A stretch of DNA of 64,000 nt, from the NCBI GenBank assembly GCA_028376765.1, contig JAONBD010000002.1:9930-73929 (forward strand). Reading direction: 5' to 3'. The notes below the pieces were generated by a model. The model did not search any database and was not told the DNA's origin. It saw only the letters and a program-made list of their open reading frames with translations. Source of the stretch: Candidatus Kapaibacterium sp. Its GTDB lineage: Bacteria > Bacteroidota > Ignavibacteria > Kapaibacteriales > UBA2268. The translations under genes and the position numbers were made by a program. Of the stretch, positions 20,417-30,520 are shown in pieces; positions within the stretch are counted from its first letter, which is position 1; every line of letters begins with the position of its first letter.

Positions 20417-22138
20417 TTATCTTTTAAATCTCCAGCCTTTGTCTTGTTTTTCAAAGATCCAAGCTGCAATTTTCCCTTCGTCTATTTTATCAAATTCTTT
20501 CCAGTGTAAAGTAGTGTAATAATGTCTCGACCCACTAATATCACCCTTTATTGATTTGGCTTCTTCCATAATCTGGGTAAGCCTTTCTTTCCATTCTTCA
20601 AAATTTTCTTTTCTTATATCTACCCAACCATCGTAGCACCATTTGTTTACATTTTCTTTAGACATTTCTAAATTTGTGCCTGGTCTATTAACAGGGATTT
20701 TTACAAGTTTCCCTCTTAAATAATCTGTATCGTTGAGTAAAATAGGCAACCCTATTGATAATATTTGTTGTCTCAAAGAACTATTTGCACTTAGTAATTC
20801 ATTAGCTTTTTGGCTGATTTCTTCAGCACTTGTAGCAATTATATTCTCAAAATTTTCAAATAACAATTTCAAAATGTGAGCTTCGAACAGCAACTTTGAA
20901 AGTCTTGGTGGTCCAAGCAATTCAAATGCAACAGCTTCACTATGCTTCGATTCAAGTTCAGTGAGCTCCTCTATAGCCCTATTTCTTAAGTAACCACCTC
21001 TATATGATGGCCCCATTGTAAATGCATCTAAGCCTTGAATAACATCTTTTCCAGTATTCCCACCAGTTGCTTCAAAAACTAGTAAATCTGCGATTTCTTC
21101 TGGAGTAACAATTTCCATTTGACCTAATGAACTAATAGTTTCAAATTCACCTTTTGAGAAAATGCCATTTTCACCAGTATCAATATACACAGATTTAAGC
21201 ACATTACCAGTATCTTGTACATCAGTATCATCTGAAAAGTCGAATGTGTTTGAAACTTTTTTAGCATTCGTTGGCAATTGATCGAACAAAGAAACAGCTT
21301 TTCCACCTTTCTTTATTTCACCAAAAGCTATTTTTTTCCAAGCAATTGTAGCTGTAGGCTTGATTTCCTTAACTTTTGTTTTACCAGGAGTTCTAGCCAT
21401 CAGATACATCAATAATGATTGTGCTCCAGCTACTGCCGTTTTTGACATCAACACTCTTGATGGTCTTTCTTCACTATGAGTATAAGGTATATTAAGCCCC
21501 ATTCCTCCAGTTCCACTAGTACCAACTTTAATATAAGTATCAGTATCAGCTGCTTCAAAACCTTCACCCAATAACTGAATATGTCTTATTAATTGAGGAA
21601 TATATGTACTAGACATTAATTTCTCGATATTCTCTTTAGACATTTTGTCGTTATTGAAATCTTCAATTACACTTAAAGAACTATTGTAAATATCTAAATA
21701 AGCTATTCCAGTTGCAGTATTTATACAATCGATTACCAAATCTGGCTTGTGATGGTTTAACATTGAATATAAAAATGATTCTTGTTTTATTTTCTCAGTT
21801 AATTCAGAAAAAGTGTCCTGAATAATCTGCATTCTAGTTTCAGAATCTGAAAGTAACTTACCATAAGGTTCATCTTTCCATTCTGTTCGGGTAAAAACAT
21901 TTCCCCAATCTGCAACGAATTCAATACCTTTATTGCCAAATTCTGATTTCAAATCTTGAACTGCTTCTTCAGCTTCAATTTTTTTCAAAGAACTAATAAC
22001 GATTTTTTTCGGTTTATGCTCAATAATTTTTCTTGAGATTGCCGAGCCTACAAGACCCCATCCACCAAGTATTAGAATCGTTGAGTTTTCAATATTCATC
22101 TTTTTCCAATTTGTTTTTACATTTAGTAGTATGTTCAA
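20417..22138 (-). CDS. Cytoplasmic NAD(P)-binding Rossmann-fold protein of unknown function
   Basis: GxGxxG motif (ILILGGWGLVGSAI) near the N-terminus and no signal peptide. The remaining ~400 aa are not assignable by eye. The true start may be the internal ATG at 22099 (MNIENST...). Confidence 0.4.
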   Translation of the reverse strand: MNILLNVKTNWKKMNIENSTILILGGWGLVGSAISRKIIEHKPKKIVISSLKKIEAEEAVQDLKSEFGNKGIEFVADWGNVFTRTEWKDEPYGKLLSDSETRMQIIQDTFSELTEKIKQESFLYSMLNHHKPDLVIDCINTATGIAYLDIYNSSLSVIEDFNNDKMSKENIEKLMSSTYIPQLIRHIQLLGEGFEAADTDTYIKVGTSGTGGMGLNIPYTHSEERPSRVLMSKTAVAGAQSLLMYLMARTPGKTKVKEIKPTATIAWKKIAFGEIKKGGKAVSLFDQLPTNAKKVSNTFDFSDDTDVQDTGNVLKSVYIDTGENGIFSKGEFETISSLGQMEIVTPEEIADLLVFEATGGNTGKDVIQGLDAFTMGPSYRGGYLRNRAIEELTELESKHSEAVAFELLGPPRLSKLLFEAHILKLLFENFENIIATSAEEISQKANELLSANSSLRQQILSIGLPILLNDTDYLRGKLVKIPVNRPGTNLEMSKENVNKWCYDGWVDIRKENFEEWKERLTQIMEEAKSIKGDISGSRHYYTTLHWKEFDKIDEGKIAAWIFEKQDKGWRFKR

Positions 22139-22333
22139 TTAAACAATTTATGAAACAAGATTTTTTTTTCCAACTTTTTATTCAAAAATGTGTTAAGAAA
22201 GTTACACACTAAGGGAATTAAAATTTACTTTTTCACCTTATTAACTTCCTTTACTTAGTATAGACACAAAAAAGGAAAATTCGTCTCAAGATTTTTTAAA
22301 ATATTTTTATTTTTTTTAAAGAAAAGGTAACTT

Positions 22334-23692
22334 TTATAATTTAATACGTAGCCAACGCTTTGAATATAATAGGATTAAGCCAATAATTGCAAAAAGCACA
22401 TAAGATATAAACACTCCCCAGTATACTCCAGCAAAACCAAAATCATAATACTTAACCAGAATATACGATAGAGGCAGCTGGATAATAAATAAAACAGACG
22501 AGTACATAATAAAGCTCATCCAAGTATCTCCAGCTCCACTCACAACACGTGTACAAAAGATTCCTATACCAAAAAATATGTAGGATAATGATGTAATAGC
22601 AATGTACTCTGAGGTCTGTAGAATAATGTTTGGATCATTTGTAAATATTTTAGAAAATAAATCACTGTAAAAATATGCTCCTACAACCATTGGTATAATA
22701 ATTACAGAAACTTGTAACAAACCAGAATAAAAGTATTTAAAGATTCTATCAATTTTATTAGCACCCCTATTCTGCCCTGCTATAATTTCCATAGCTACAC
22801 CAGCACCAAATATTGGCATAAAAACAAACAGGTCAAAACTCAATCCTAAAGTATATGAAGTCACTGTTTCCACACCAATCATATTTGCAACAACGAACAT
22901 ACCCATTCTATTAAAAAATAGAGATAAATATTGCAAGGTTGATGGTATACCTCTCAACGTGATTCGTTTTATTAAGCTTAAATCTAGCTTAAAACCTTTA
23001 AATTTGAAATTTAAATTTGTGTAACCTTTTGAAATCAGAATAATAGAAATCATTAAGCCTGAGATTTGAGCAATAGAGGTAGCAATCCCGGCACCAAAAG
23101 CACCCAAACCACCTTCAAATATAAAATCAAAAATTAATAATGGTGATAAAACAGCATTGATTAGAATGGTTAGCGATATAATTATCATTGCGTATTTTGT
23201 ATTACCAGTAGATCTAATAATAGCATTGGTTTGGAAAATTAAAAAATTGAATGGAATTCCCCATAAAATACCTTTAAGATAATTAACAGAATAATCTTGT
23301 ATTTCGCCAGTAAAACCAAATAAATCAAGTAAATTTCTCATGTTAAAATAAAACAATAAACAAATAGCTATGGCATAAAAAAACATAGTTACAATAGCTT
23401 GATTAGCAGTATGGTTTGCCTCCTCATGTTTTCCTTCACCAATTCTTCTGGCGACTACAACACCTGTACCTATTGCAAAACCAATACCTAATGTAAAAAC
23501 CATTAGCCTCATTTGCTCACTAACGCCAATAGCGGCAATTTCTTTATCACCAAGGAAACTAATCCAATACTTATCTACTATACCATTCATTTGGTAAAGT
23601 AGAAAGCTAAAAGCTAATGGCAAGGCTAGTTGTCTGAAGCTAGAGTGGATATTCCCAGATAGTAAATTAACACTTGTTGATTTTGACAACAA
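22334..23692 (-). CDS. MATE family efflux transporter
   Basis: 452 aa with about 12 predicted TM helices. The N-terminal region and repeated halves are typical of MatE. Confidence 0.75.
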   Translation of the reverse strand: MLSKSTSVNLLSGNIHSSFRQLALPLAFSFLLYQMNGIVDKYWISFLGDKEIAAIGVSEQMRLMVFTLGIGFAIGTGVVVARRIGEGKHEEANHTANQAIVTMFFYAIAICLLFYFNMRNLLDLFGFTGEIQDYSVNYLKGILWGIPFNFLIFQTNAIIRSTGNTKYAMIIISLTILINAVLSPLLIFDFIFEGGLGAFGAGIATSIAQISGLMISIILISKGYTNLNFKFKGFKLDLSLIKRITLRGIPSTLQYLSLFFNRMGMFVVANMIGVETVTSYTLGLSFDLFVFMPIFGAGVAMEIIAGQNRGANKIDRIFKYFYSGLLQVSVIIIPMVVGAYFYSDLFSKIFTNDPNIILQTSEYIAITSLSYIFFGIGIFCTRVVSGAGDTWMSFIMYSSVLFIIQLPLSYILVKYYDFGFAGVYWGVFISYVLFAIIGLILLYSKRWLRIKL

Positions 23693-23753
23693 ATACCCCT
23701 ATTAATAATTTATTAACTAATTTTGTGACAGTTAAATCTTGTAGTAAATACTA

Positions 23754-24860
23754 ATGTCATATTTTATTGTAATTATCGCTATTCTACTTTTCCTCATTAG
23801 GTCGGTATTCTTTATCATTGGTCTTAGGAAAAATAGAAAACTTGTAATATCAAAACAAGACTTTTCACAAAATGTTAGTATAATTATTCCAGCAAGAAAT
23901 GAAGAATCAAACATTAAATCCTGCCTCAAATCTATCCTAGACTGTGAATATCCATCAAGTAAAGTTCAGATCATAGTTATAAACGATAGATCATCAGACA
24001 ACACAGAAGCAATTGTTAGGTCACAACAAAAATTAAATTTAAATATTGAATTGGTAAACATAACAAACGAATCGGCAAAGGACAATATTCCTGGAAAAGC
24101 TGGGGCGATTCATCAGGGCTTGATTCATGCCAAAAATGAGTTAGTACTAATGACTGATGCCGATTGTACTGTTACTAAAACTTGGATAAGTGGTTTAGTA
24201 AATGTGTTTAATACCGAAAAAGCTGATATGGTGGCTTCATTTTCAATTATTAATGCAGTGTCAGTTTTTGATAAGCTACAAGAGTTGCAATGGTTCTACA
24301 TGAATTGTATGGCATCAGGAAGTGCCGGTATGAATTATCTTCTTGGATGTTATGGAAATAATCAATCATTCAAGAGAAGTTGCTACTTTGAAACTGGTGG
24401 TTACAAAGAAATAAGTTTTTCTGTCACAGAGGATTTAGCTCTTCTTCAAGAATTTCACAAAAATAATTTTAAAATATCTTACCCCTGCGACCCAATGTTA
24501 GAAGTAAAGACTAATCCTATTAGTAGTATTGGCGATTACATAAAACAGCAACATAGATGGGCTGTCGGTGGAAAATCATTAGGATTTAAGGCGTTTTTAT
24601 TTGTTATCACATCTCTATCTATTTGGGTTGGAGGAATTTTTTGCATTCTTGAAAACAACTATTTTCTTTTATCTTTACTTTTAATTTCAAGAATCGCATT
24701 TGATGCAAGTTTGATGATTCCAGCACTACGGAAATTCAATCTATTTAGTCTGCAAAAGTATATTTTAATTGGTGTTCCATTTTTTTTAATTTTAGAACTA
24801 ATAAGCCCAACATTCCTGCTCAATTCCAAGGTTAAATGGAAAGGTCAGGTATTTAGATGA
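23754..24860 (+). CDS. Membrane-bound family-2 glycosyltransferase
   Basis: Motifs IIIPARNEE, NDRSSDNT, DADC and QQHRWAVG (the Q/RxxRW motif), with flanking TM segments. Confidence 0.75.
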   Translation: MSYFIVIIAILLFLIRSVFFIIGLRKNRKLVISKQDFSQNVSIIIPARNEESNIKSCLKSILDCEYPSSKVQIIVINDRSSDNTEAIVRSQQKLNLNIELVNITNESAKDNIPGKAGAIHQGLIHAKNELVLMTDADCTVTKTWISGLVNVFNTEKADMVASFSIINAVSVFDKLQELQWFYMNCMASGSAGMNYLLGCYGNNQSFKRSCYFETGGYKEISFSVTEDLALLQEFHKNNFKISYPCDPMLEVKTNPISSIGDYIKQQHRWAVGGKSLGFKAFLFVITSLSIWVGGIFCILENNYFLLSLLLISRIAFDASLMIPALRKFNLFSLQKYILIGVPFFLILELISPTFLLNSKVKWKGQVFR

Positions 24861-25372
24861 ACATTTCAAATTTACTTAGTCTAACTAGGTTATTTATCGC
24901 AATTCCCCTATCATTTGCTATTTGGAACAATGAGCAATTGCACATATTTATTTATGTACTAATAGCTGCAATTACAGATTTTCTAGATGGCTTTTTTGCT
25001 CGCAGGTTCAATCAAATAACTGAGCTTGGTAAGATTTTAGATCCAATTGCAGATAAAACATTAATAATTATTACGGGAATAGTATTAATGATAAAAGAAG
25101 AAATTCCTATATGGTTTGGTATTGCCATCATCTTGAGAGATTTGATTATTTTATCAGCTGGTATTTTTGTAAAAAACAAATATAAAGTTGTACTCTCAGC
25201 AAATTTATTTGGTAAGATTACTCTAAATGTAATTGTTGTTACAATTTTGTTGTCCGTTTTTTATAAATTGCAATACCAATTCTATGTATATTGTATTGCA
25301 ACATTATTTATGTTTGCAAGTCTTATGTCATATTTATTTAATGCAATTAAGAAAACTGGAGAAGTAACGTAA
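24857..25372 (+). CDS. CDP-alcohol phosphatidyltransferase family protein
   Basis: Exact Dx2DGx2ARx8Gx3Dx3D signature (DFLDGFFARRFNQITELGKILDPIADK). Polytopic membrane protein. ATGA overlap with the GT2 gene. Confidence 0.85.
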   Translation: MNISNLLSLTRLFIAIPLSFAIWNNEQLHIFIYVLIAAITDFLDGFFARRFNQITELGKILDPIADKTLIIITGIVLMIKEEIPIWFGIAIILRDLIILSAGIFVKNKYKVVLSANLFGKITLNVIVVTILLSVFYKLQYQFYVYCIATLFMFASLMSYLFNAIKKTGEVT

Positions 25373-26436
25373 TGGGATTTTTTGATAGGTTTAAGAAAAA
25401 AATCACTAGTACGGTTGAAAAAGCAACTGAGTCAATTACTGGTTCTATTAAAAAGACTAGCGAAGTTCTAAAGTTTAATAGACTTAAAGAAGGACTAAAA
25501 AAGACTCGTAAAAGTTTCTCCAATTCAATTTTATCTTTGTTAGGTTCAAGAAAAATTGATGAATCTTTATTAAGTGATATAGAAGATATTCTAATAACTT
25601 CTGATATTGGCGTTCAGACTAGTGAAATGCTAATAGGCAAGCTAAAAGAAAGAGTTAAAACTGAAAAAACTGAAAATTCAAAAGATATTTATAAATTTCT
25701 CAAAGATGATATTCATAATTTATTGATTGAATCTCCCTCCAAAAATGATGATGCCGATTTTGTAATCAACAAAGAAAATACTCCTAAAATTGTTATGATG
25801 ATTGGAGTTAATGGAACAGGTAAAACAACCACAATTGGTAAATTAGCTAATAACTACAAAGAAAAAGGTCATAGTGTACTTGTTGCTGCCGCAGATACAT
25901 TCAGAGCTGCTGCAAATGAACAACTTAAGGTTTGGGCAGAAAGAGCACAAGTTGAGGTTATCGAAGGTAAAAATCAAGCTGATCCAGCATCAGTAGTTTT
26001 TGATTCTGTGAAAAAAGCAATTGATGAAAATATTGATATTGTTTTAATCGATACAGCAGGTAGGCTTCACAACAAGATGAATCTTATGAATGAACTTGAA
26101 AAATTCACAAGAGTTATTAAAAAATTAAAACCAACTGGAACTGACGAAGTGTTTTTAGTTTTAGATGGAACAACTGGACAAAATGCAATTCAACAAGCAA
26201 AAGAATTTTCCAAAGTTGCCAGTATCAGTGGGATTGTTCTAACAAAACTAGACGGAACAGCAAAAGGTGGTGTAGTAATTTCTATTGCGAATGAACTACA
26301 AATACCAGTTCGATATATCGGAGTTGGTGAAAAAATCACAGATCTACAACCTTTTGATCCTACATATTTTGTAGAGGCTCTTTTCGGTGATGAAACTGGC
26401 GAAGAAACTATAATCGAAGAACCAACCGAAGACTAA
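25372..26436 (+). CDS. ftsY: Signal recognition particle receptor FtsY
   Basis: Motifs GVNGTGKTTTIGKLA, DTAGRLH and TKLDGTAKGG. Confidence 0.95.
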   Translation: MGFFDRFKKKITSTVEKATESITGSIKKTSEVLKFNRLKEGLKKTRKSFSNSILSLLGSRKIDESLLSDIEDILITSDIGVQTSEMLIGKLKERVKTEKTENSKDIYKFLKDDIHNLLIESPSKNDDADFVINKENTPKIVMMIGVNGTGKTTTIGKLANNYKEKGHSVLVAAADTFRAAANEQLKVWAERAQVEVIEGKNQADPASVVFDSVKKAIDENIDIVLIDTAGRLHNKMNLMNELEKFTRVIKKLKPTGTDEVFLVLDGTTGQNAIQQAKEFSKVASISGIVLTKLDGTAKGGVVISIANELQIPVRYIGVGEKITDLQPFDPTYFVEALFGDETGEETIIEEPTED

Positions 26437-27770
26437 TGAAATCAAAAAGTTCATTCAAATGTACAAATTGTGGATATATGTCTGCCAAATGGGTTGGCAA
26501 ATGCTCCAATTGTAATGAATGGGAAACTTTAAAAGAATTTACTCAAGATACTAAAACCCTTAAATTACAAAGTACAAAAGCAAACGTTACCAAGCTGAAA
26601 GATATTGAAGATGGTGACTTTAAACGTTCTACAACTGGTATATCCGAATTTGATAGAACACTCGGCGGTGGAATTGTACCAGGTAGCTTGGTTTTGATTG
26701 GTGGTGACCCAGGAATTGGGAAATCGACCTTGATGCTACAAATGTGTTCTCACTTGATAAGCTTAAAACCGATTTACGTTACTGGTGAGGAATCAGCTGC
26801 CCAAATAAAGAATAGAGCTGAACGAATTTCAGGTGTTTCGGGTGAGCTCCAAATTTCAGCAGAAAATTCACTTGATTCAATAGAATTACTGTTGAAATCC
26901 GATCAGTGCGGATTTATGATAATCGATTCTATCCAATCTATTCACTTAGAAGGAATAAGTTCTCCAGCGGGAAGCATGCTACAAGTTCGAGAGTGTACGT
27001 ATAGATTAATGGAGCTTGCAAAAAAACTAAATAAATCAGTTTTTATTATCGGACATATTACAAAAGATGGAGCAATTGCAGGTCCAAAATCTCTTGAACA
27101 TCTTGTAGATACTGTTCTTCAGTTCGAAGGTGATAATAGCTTACATTATAGAATAATAAGGACAATAAAAAACAGATTTGGAGCAGTTAACGAAATTGGA
27201 ATTTTTGAAATGTCATCAAAAGGACTTATTGAAGTAAAAGATCCCTCTGGAATATTTATTAGTGGAAATAAATCCGAAGAACCGGGAATCGCAACATCAG
27301 CAATTATGGAAGGAACTCGACCTATTTCTGTTGAGATTCAATCATTAGTTGCAGAAACAGGGTTTTCGATGCCACAAAGAATTTCAACTGGATATGATCA
27401 GAAACGCTTACAAATACTATTGTCTATTCTTGATAAAAGGATTGGGATAAAATTTTTTAAATCAGATGTTTTTTTAAATGTAGCTGGTGGTATTCATATA
27501 AATGATCCAGCTGTTGATTTAGCTGTAATTGCCGCTCTTGTAAGCTCTGAAAGGAATTCTACAATTAACCCCAAAACTATTATTTTTGGTGAATTAAGCC
27601 TTACTGGAGAAGTTAGACCAGTATCTTTTATCGAAGCAAGATTAAAGGAAGCTGAAAAGACTGGGTTCACAAAAGCAATAATTCCTGATCAAGCTATAGA
27701 TATCAAATCAAAAATGAATATTATAAAAGTAAGCCGATTATCATTAGCACTTAATAATTTTTTTAATTAA
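26436..27770 (+). CDS. radA: DNA repair protein RadA
   Basis: N-terminal zinc finger CTNCGY..CSNCNEW. Walker A GGDPGIGKSTL, the KNRFG motif and a Lon-like C-terminal domain. Confidence 0.95.
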   Translation: MKSKSSFKCTNCGYMSAKWVGKCSNCNEWETLKEFTQDTKTLKLQSTKANVTKLKDIEDGDFKRSTTGISEFDRTLGGGIVPGSLVLIGGDPGIGKSTLMLQMCSHLISLKPIYVTGEESAAQIKNRAERISGVSGELQISAENSLDSIELLLKSDQCGFMIIDSIQSIHLEGISSPAGSMLQVRECTYRLMELAKKLNKSVFIIGHITKDGAIAGPKSLEHLVDTVLQFEGDNSLHYRIIRTIKNRFGAVNEIGIFEMSSKGLIEVKDPSGIFISGNKSEEPGIATSAIMEGTRPISVEIQSLVAETGFSMPQRISTGYDQKRLQILLSILDKRIGIKFFKSDVFLNVAGGIHINDPAVDLAVIAALVSSERNSTINPKTIIFGELSLTGEVRPVSFIEARLKEAEKTGFTKAIIPDQAIDIKSKMNIIKVSRLSLALNNFFN

Positions 27771-28374
27771 GATCTAAAATCCTTGTGCCTGCTTTCGCAT
27801 TTGTTTTAATATCTACTACACTAACAAACTCTCCTACCATACTTGATGGAATTCGAGCAGTTATATCGATACTATCTGTATAAATTTCGTCATAGCCAAC
27901 AGCATATTCTTCGAGCAGTCTTTTGATAACATTTATTTCTTCATAAGTACAAAATACTTTCACTCTTCTTGTAATATCAATTTTTTTTGGTGTGCAAAGC
28001 TTCAAAGCCTCTACAGCAGTATCTCCATAAGCTCTTGCAAGCCCACCCTTTCCCAATTTTTTGCCGCCGAAGTACCTTGTAACAATTACAATTATATCGC
28101 TAAGTTCATATTTTTTAATTGCAAATAATATAGGCTTACCTCCTGTTCCATTTGGCTCTCCATCATCTGCGGCTCTAAAAATCATTCCTTTGGGTCCAAT
28201 CCTATATGCAAAGCAATTATGCCTTGCATCATAAAATTCCACTTTAATTTTATCCAATTCCTCTTTTGCAATCTCTGGGCTAGGAGCATAGCATACATTT
28301 GCTATAAATCTTGATTTCTCAATTTTTAATTCTGCTCTTTGGGAGGATTCTATTGTATAGTAGTAGTCAGCCAT
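27763..28374 (-). CDS. yigZ: YigZ / IMPACT family protein (UPF0029)
   Basis: Motifs KSRFIA, ARHNCFAYR and DDGEPNGTGGKPIL. Confidence 0.8.
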   Translation of the reverse strand: MADYYYTIESSQRAELKIEKSRFIANVCYAPSPEIAKEELDKIKVEFYDARHNCFAYRIGPKGMIFRAADDGEPNGTGGKPILFAIKKYELSDIIVIVTRYFGGKKLGKGGLARAYGDTAVEALKLCTPKKIDITRRVKVFCTYEEINVIKRLLEEYAVGYDEIYTDSIDITARIPSSMVGEFVSVVDIKTNAKAGTRILDLN

Positions 28375-30506
28375 TAAAGTGAAATTATTTTTTTTATATT
28401 ATTTGCAAATTTAATAAAATATATACCTTTATTTAAATCAATATGGAATGGTGCATTATAAATGGTGCTAAAAATTAACACTCCATTAATGTCATAAATA
28501 AATACCTCTCCATTATAATCTTTTATAGATAAATGTTGATTAATGTATTCAACCTTTAAATTAATTGGTAATACAATACTAGTAAAATCATAATTACTAT
28601 CAGAGTAAATTGCAAGATTCTTTATTGATATACCTTCAAATGTGCGAGATCTATCAGAGAACATACCGATTCTTAACTCAATCAAATCAGATTTTATTTC
28701 AGATAAATCAAAGGTTTCGTTAAAATAGTCATGTTCAAATCCATGGTACCCATATTTGGGAATAGTGTCCGAAGAACCACCAAAAACTCCATAATTCTCA
28801 ATCCCATATTTAACCTCAAAATATTCCCATTTAAGGTTATTGAATAGTTCAATTGTAGATAAATCAAAATCTGTTTCAATTGCATATTTAATTTCATAAT
28901 TTAAATATTGATAATTATTCCTAGGGTTAAGTATATTTAATTTAGAATAGCAATTACTTTCATTAAAATAATTTGAATCAATATTTATTATAATATTTCC
29001 ATCATATAAAAAACACTCATTTTCAGTAAAAGAGTTAACTTTTGTAATTTCAGGGTAATACAATACAAAATAATTAGAAGTTGCAACCTCAAATCCGTTA
29101 TGATAACTAAGCTCAATTCTTTGTTTAGAAATATAATTGTGGGGTATTCCCAATAAATACTCCTCTCCTGTCTTAATTGCAGGAATTTCATATTCAACTA
29201 TTTTAGAGTTATAATCTACTGATATAGTTTGCTGAATTGATGGTTTTAAACCAATATTTTTAAATTTAATATTAATTAAACCTTCTTGTTTTTTATCTAT
29301 AACTATTGAATCAGATTTTACGATTAAATAGCTATTAATACTTTTCCATGTATCAAAAATAAGTGGCAAACTTTTTTTACACTGTTCGATTAATTCGCTG
29401 GAGTTTTGGACATAAAAACCATCCTTTCTATCACCAATTTCAGGAGTCACACTTCTTATTCTTTTGGGAGATAAGCTATTTAAATAATCATCAGAAGAAC
29501 CTCTGATTTTATATGCCAATGTTAGAGTATCAATTCCATGTACATATTCATTAATGCCTTTTGAGTTTGAAAATACATCCTTAAAATAACTTGAGTCTTT
29601 GGTCAATACACCATTTTTAGTACTCGGTAAAACAATTACATTTCCAAAAGAATGGAAGTTTAGTGCCGTTGAAAATGAATAGCTATTTACATGATTCCTA
29701 ATTGCTTGTGTTTCTGGTTCGGAAAATGGATTATCTCCCCTATAAGTGGAATTGTAAGTTATAGTACTTGAACCGCCCCTAGGTGAATCCCAACAATCTT
29801 GTGGTCCATAATTTCTATTTAAATCGACTCCAACTACATTCCCATCAATATTTTTAGTATTTTTTCGCCACAGCCCACCACCATTAGGGTTACTTGCTAT
29901 ATTTTTCAAGTACCCATCTGGATTCACACAAGCAACCCAGGATATATAAGCACTATCAAATAAATCTATTAGTTCTGATTTACCCTCTTCTAATTGACTC
30001 AATATATCATACAAAAAATAGCAAACTACACTTGCACTAGCTGGTTCCCTAGCATGGTGCAGACTTGTTAATAACAAGCCATTGTTATTTTCGATATTAC
30101 CAATAATAATCGATGTTATTGGATTGTTATTTATAGAGTAGCCAATCGTATCAATTTTGGTTGGAATATTATACTTAATAAATTTATCTTTGAGCTTATT
30201 TAAATTAGAATATATTTCACTTAAAGTAAAATATCCATTACCATAAGTGCCTAACTCGAATCCATTTTCTAATAACTTATTATATTTTTGTTTCGGAAAA
30301 AACTCAGGATTTTCAGATAATAATTCAATATTATATTTATTCTTAATTTCTGAATACTCAATTTCATTAATAATAAATGAGATTTTATTATTTATAACTG
30401 AAATTGACTCAGTATCAATTTGATAATCCACTATTATCTTAGATAAATCTTCCTTTTCGCAGCTAACCTTATAGTAACCAGAAAATGAAGTATTAATTAA
30501 AAGCAA
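28374..30506 (-). CDS. M14 zinc carboxypeptidase with T9SS-type C-terminal domain
   Basis: Motifs SLHHAREPAS and LNFHSFGN. C-terminus VFIYDINGVLIF...KGIYFIKF. Confidence 0.7.
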   Translation of the reverse strand: MLLINTSFSGYYKVSCEKEDLSKIIVDYQIDTESISVINNKISFIINEIEYSEIKNKYNIELLSENPEFFPKQKYNKLLENGFELGTYGNGYFTLSEIYSNLNKLKDKFIKYNIPTKIDTIGYSINNNPITSIIIGNIENNNGLLLTSLHHAREPASASVVCYFLYDILSQLEEGKSELIDLFDSAYISWVACVNPDGYLKNIASNPNGGGLWRKNTKNIDGNVVGVDLNRNYGPQDCWDSPRGGSSTITYNSTYRGDNPFSEPETQAIRNHVNSYSFSTALNFHSFGNVIVLPSTKNGVLTKDSSYFKDVFSNSKGINEYVHGIDTLTLAYKIRGSSDDYLNSLSPKRIRSVTPEIGDRKDGFYVQNSSELIEQCKKSLPLIFDTWKSINSYLIVKSDSIVIDKKQEGLINIKFKNIGLKPSIQQTISVDYNSKIVEYEIPAIKTGEEYLLGIPHNYISKQRIELSYHNGFEVATSNYFVLYYPEITKVNSFTENECFLYDGNIIINIDSNYFNESNCYSKLNILNPRNNYQYLNYEIKYAIETDFDLSTIELFNNLKWEYFEVKYGIENYGVFGGSSDTIPKYGYHGFEHDYFNETFDLSEIKSDLIELRIGMFSDRSRTFEGISIKNLAIYSDSNYDFTSIVLPINLKVEYINQHLSIKDYNGEVFIYDINGVLIFSTIYNAPFHIDLNKGIYFIKFANNIKKIISL

Positions 30507-30520
30507 TAATATTATAATGA

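Noticed and set aside
22199-22208. The 10-mer AAGTTACACA occurs in two intergenic regions (22199-22208 and 47809-47818) and resembles the GGTAACAC units at 62.2 kb.
   Set aside because: The copies have different orientations relative to neighbouring genes. There are only two of them, and the motif is short and AT-rich. This is insufficient to distinguish from chance without a genome-wide count.
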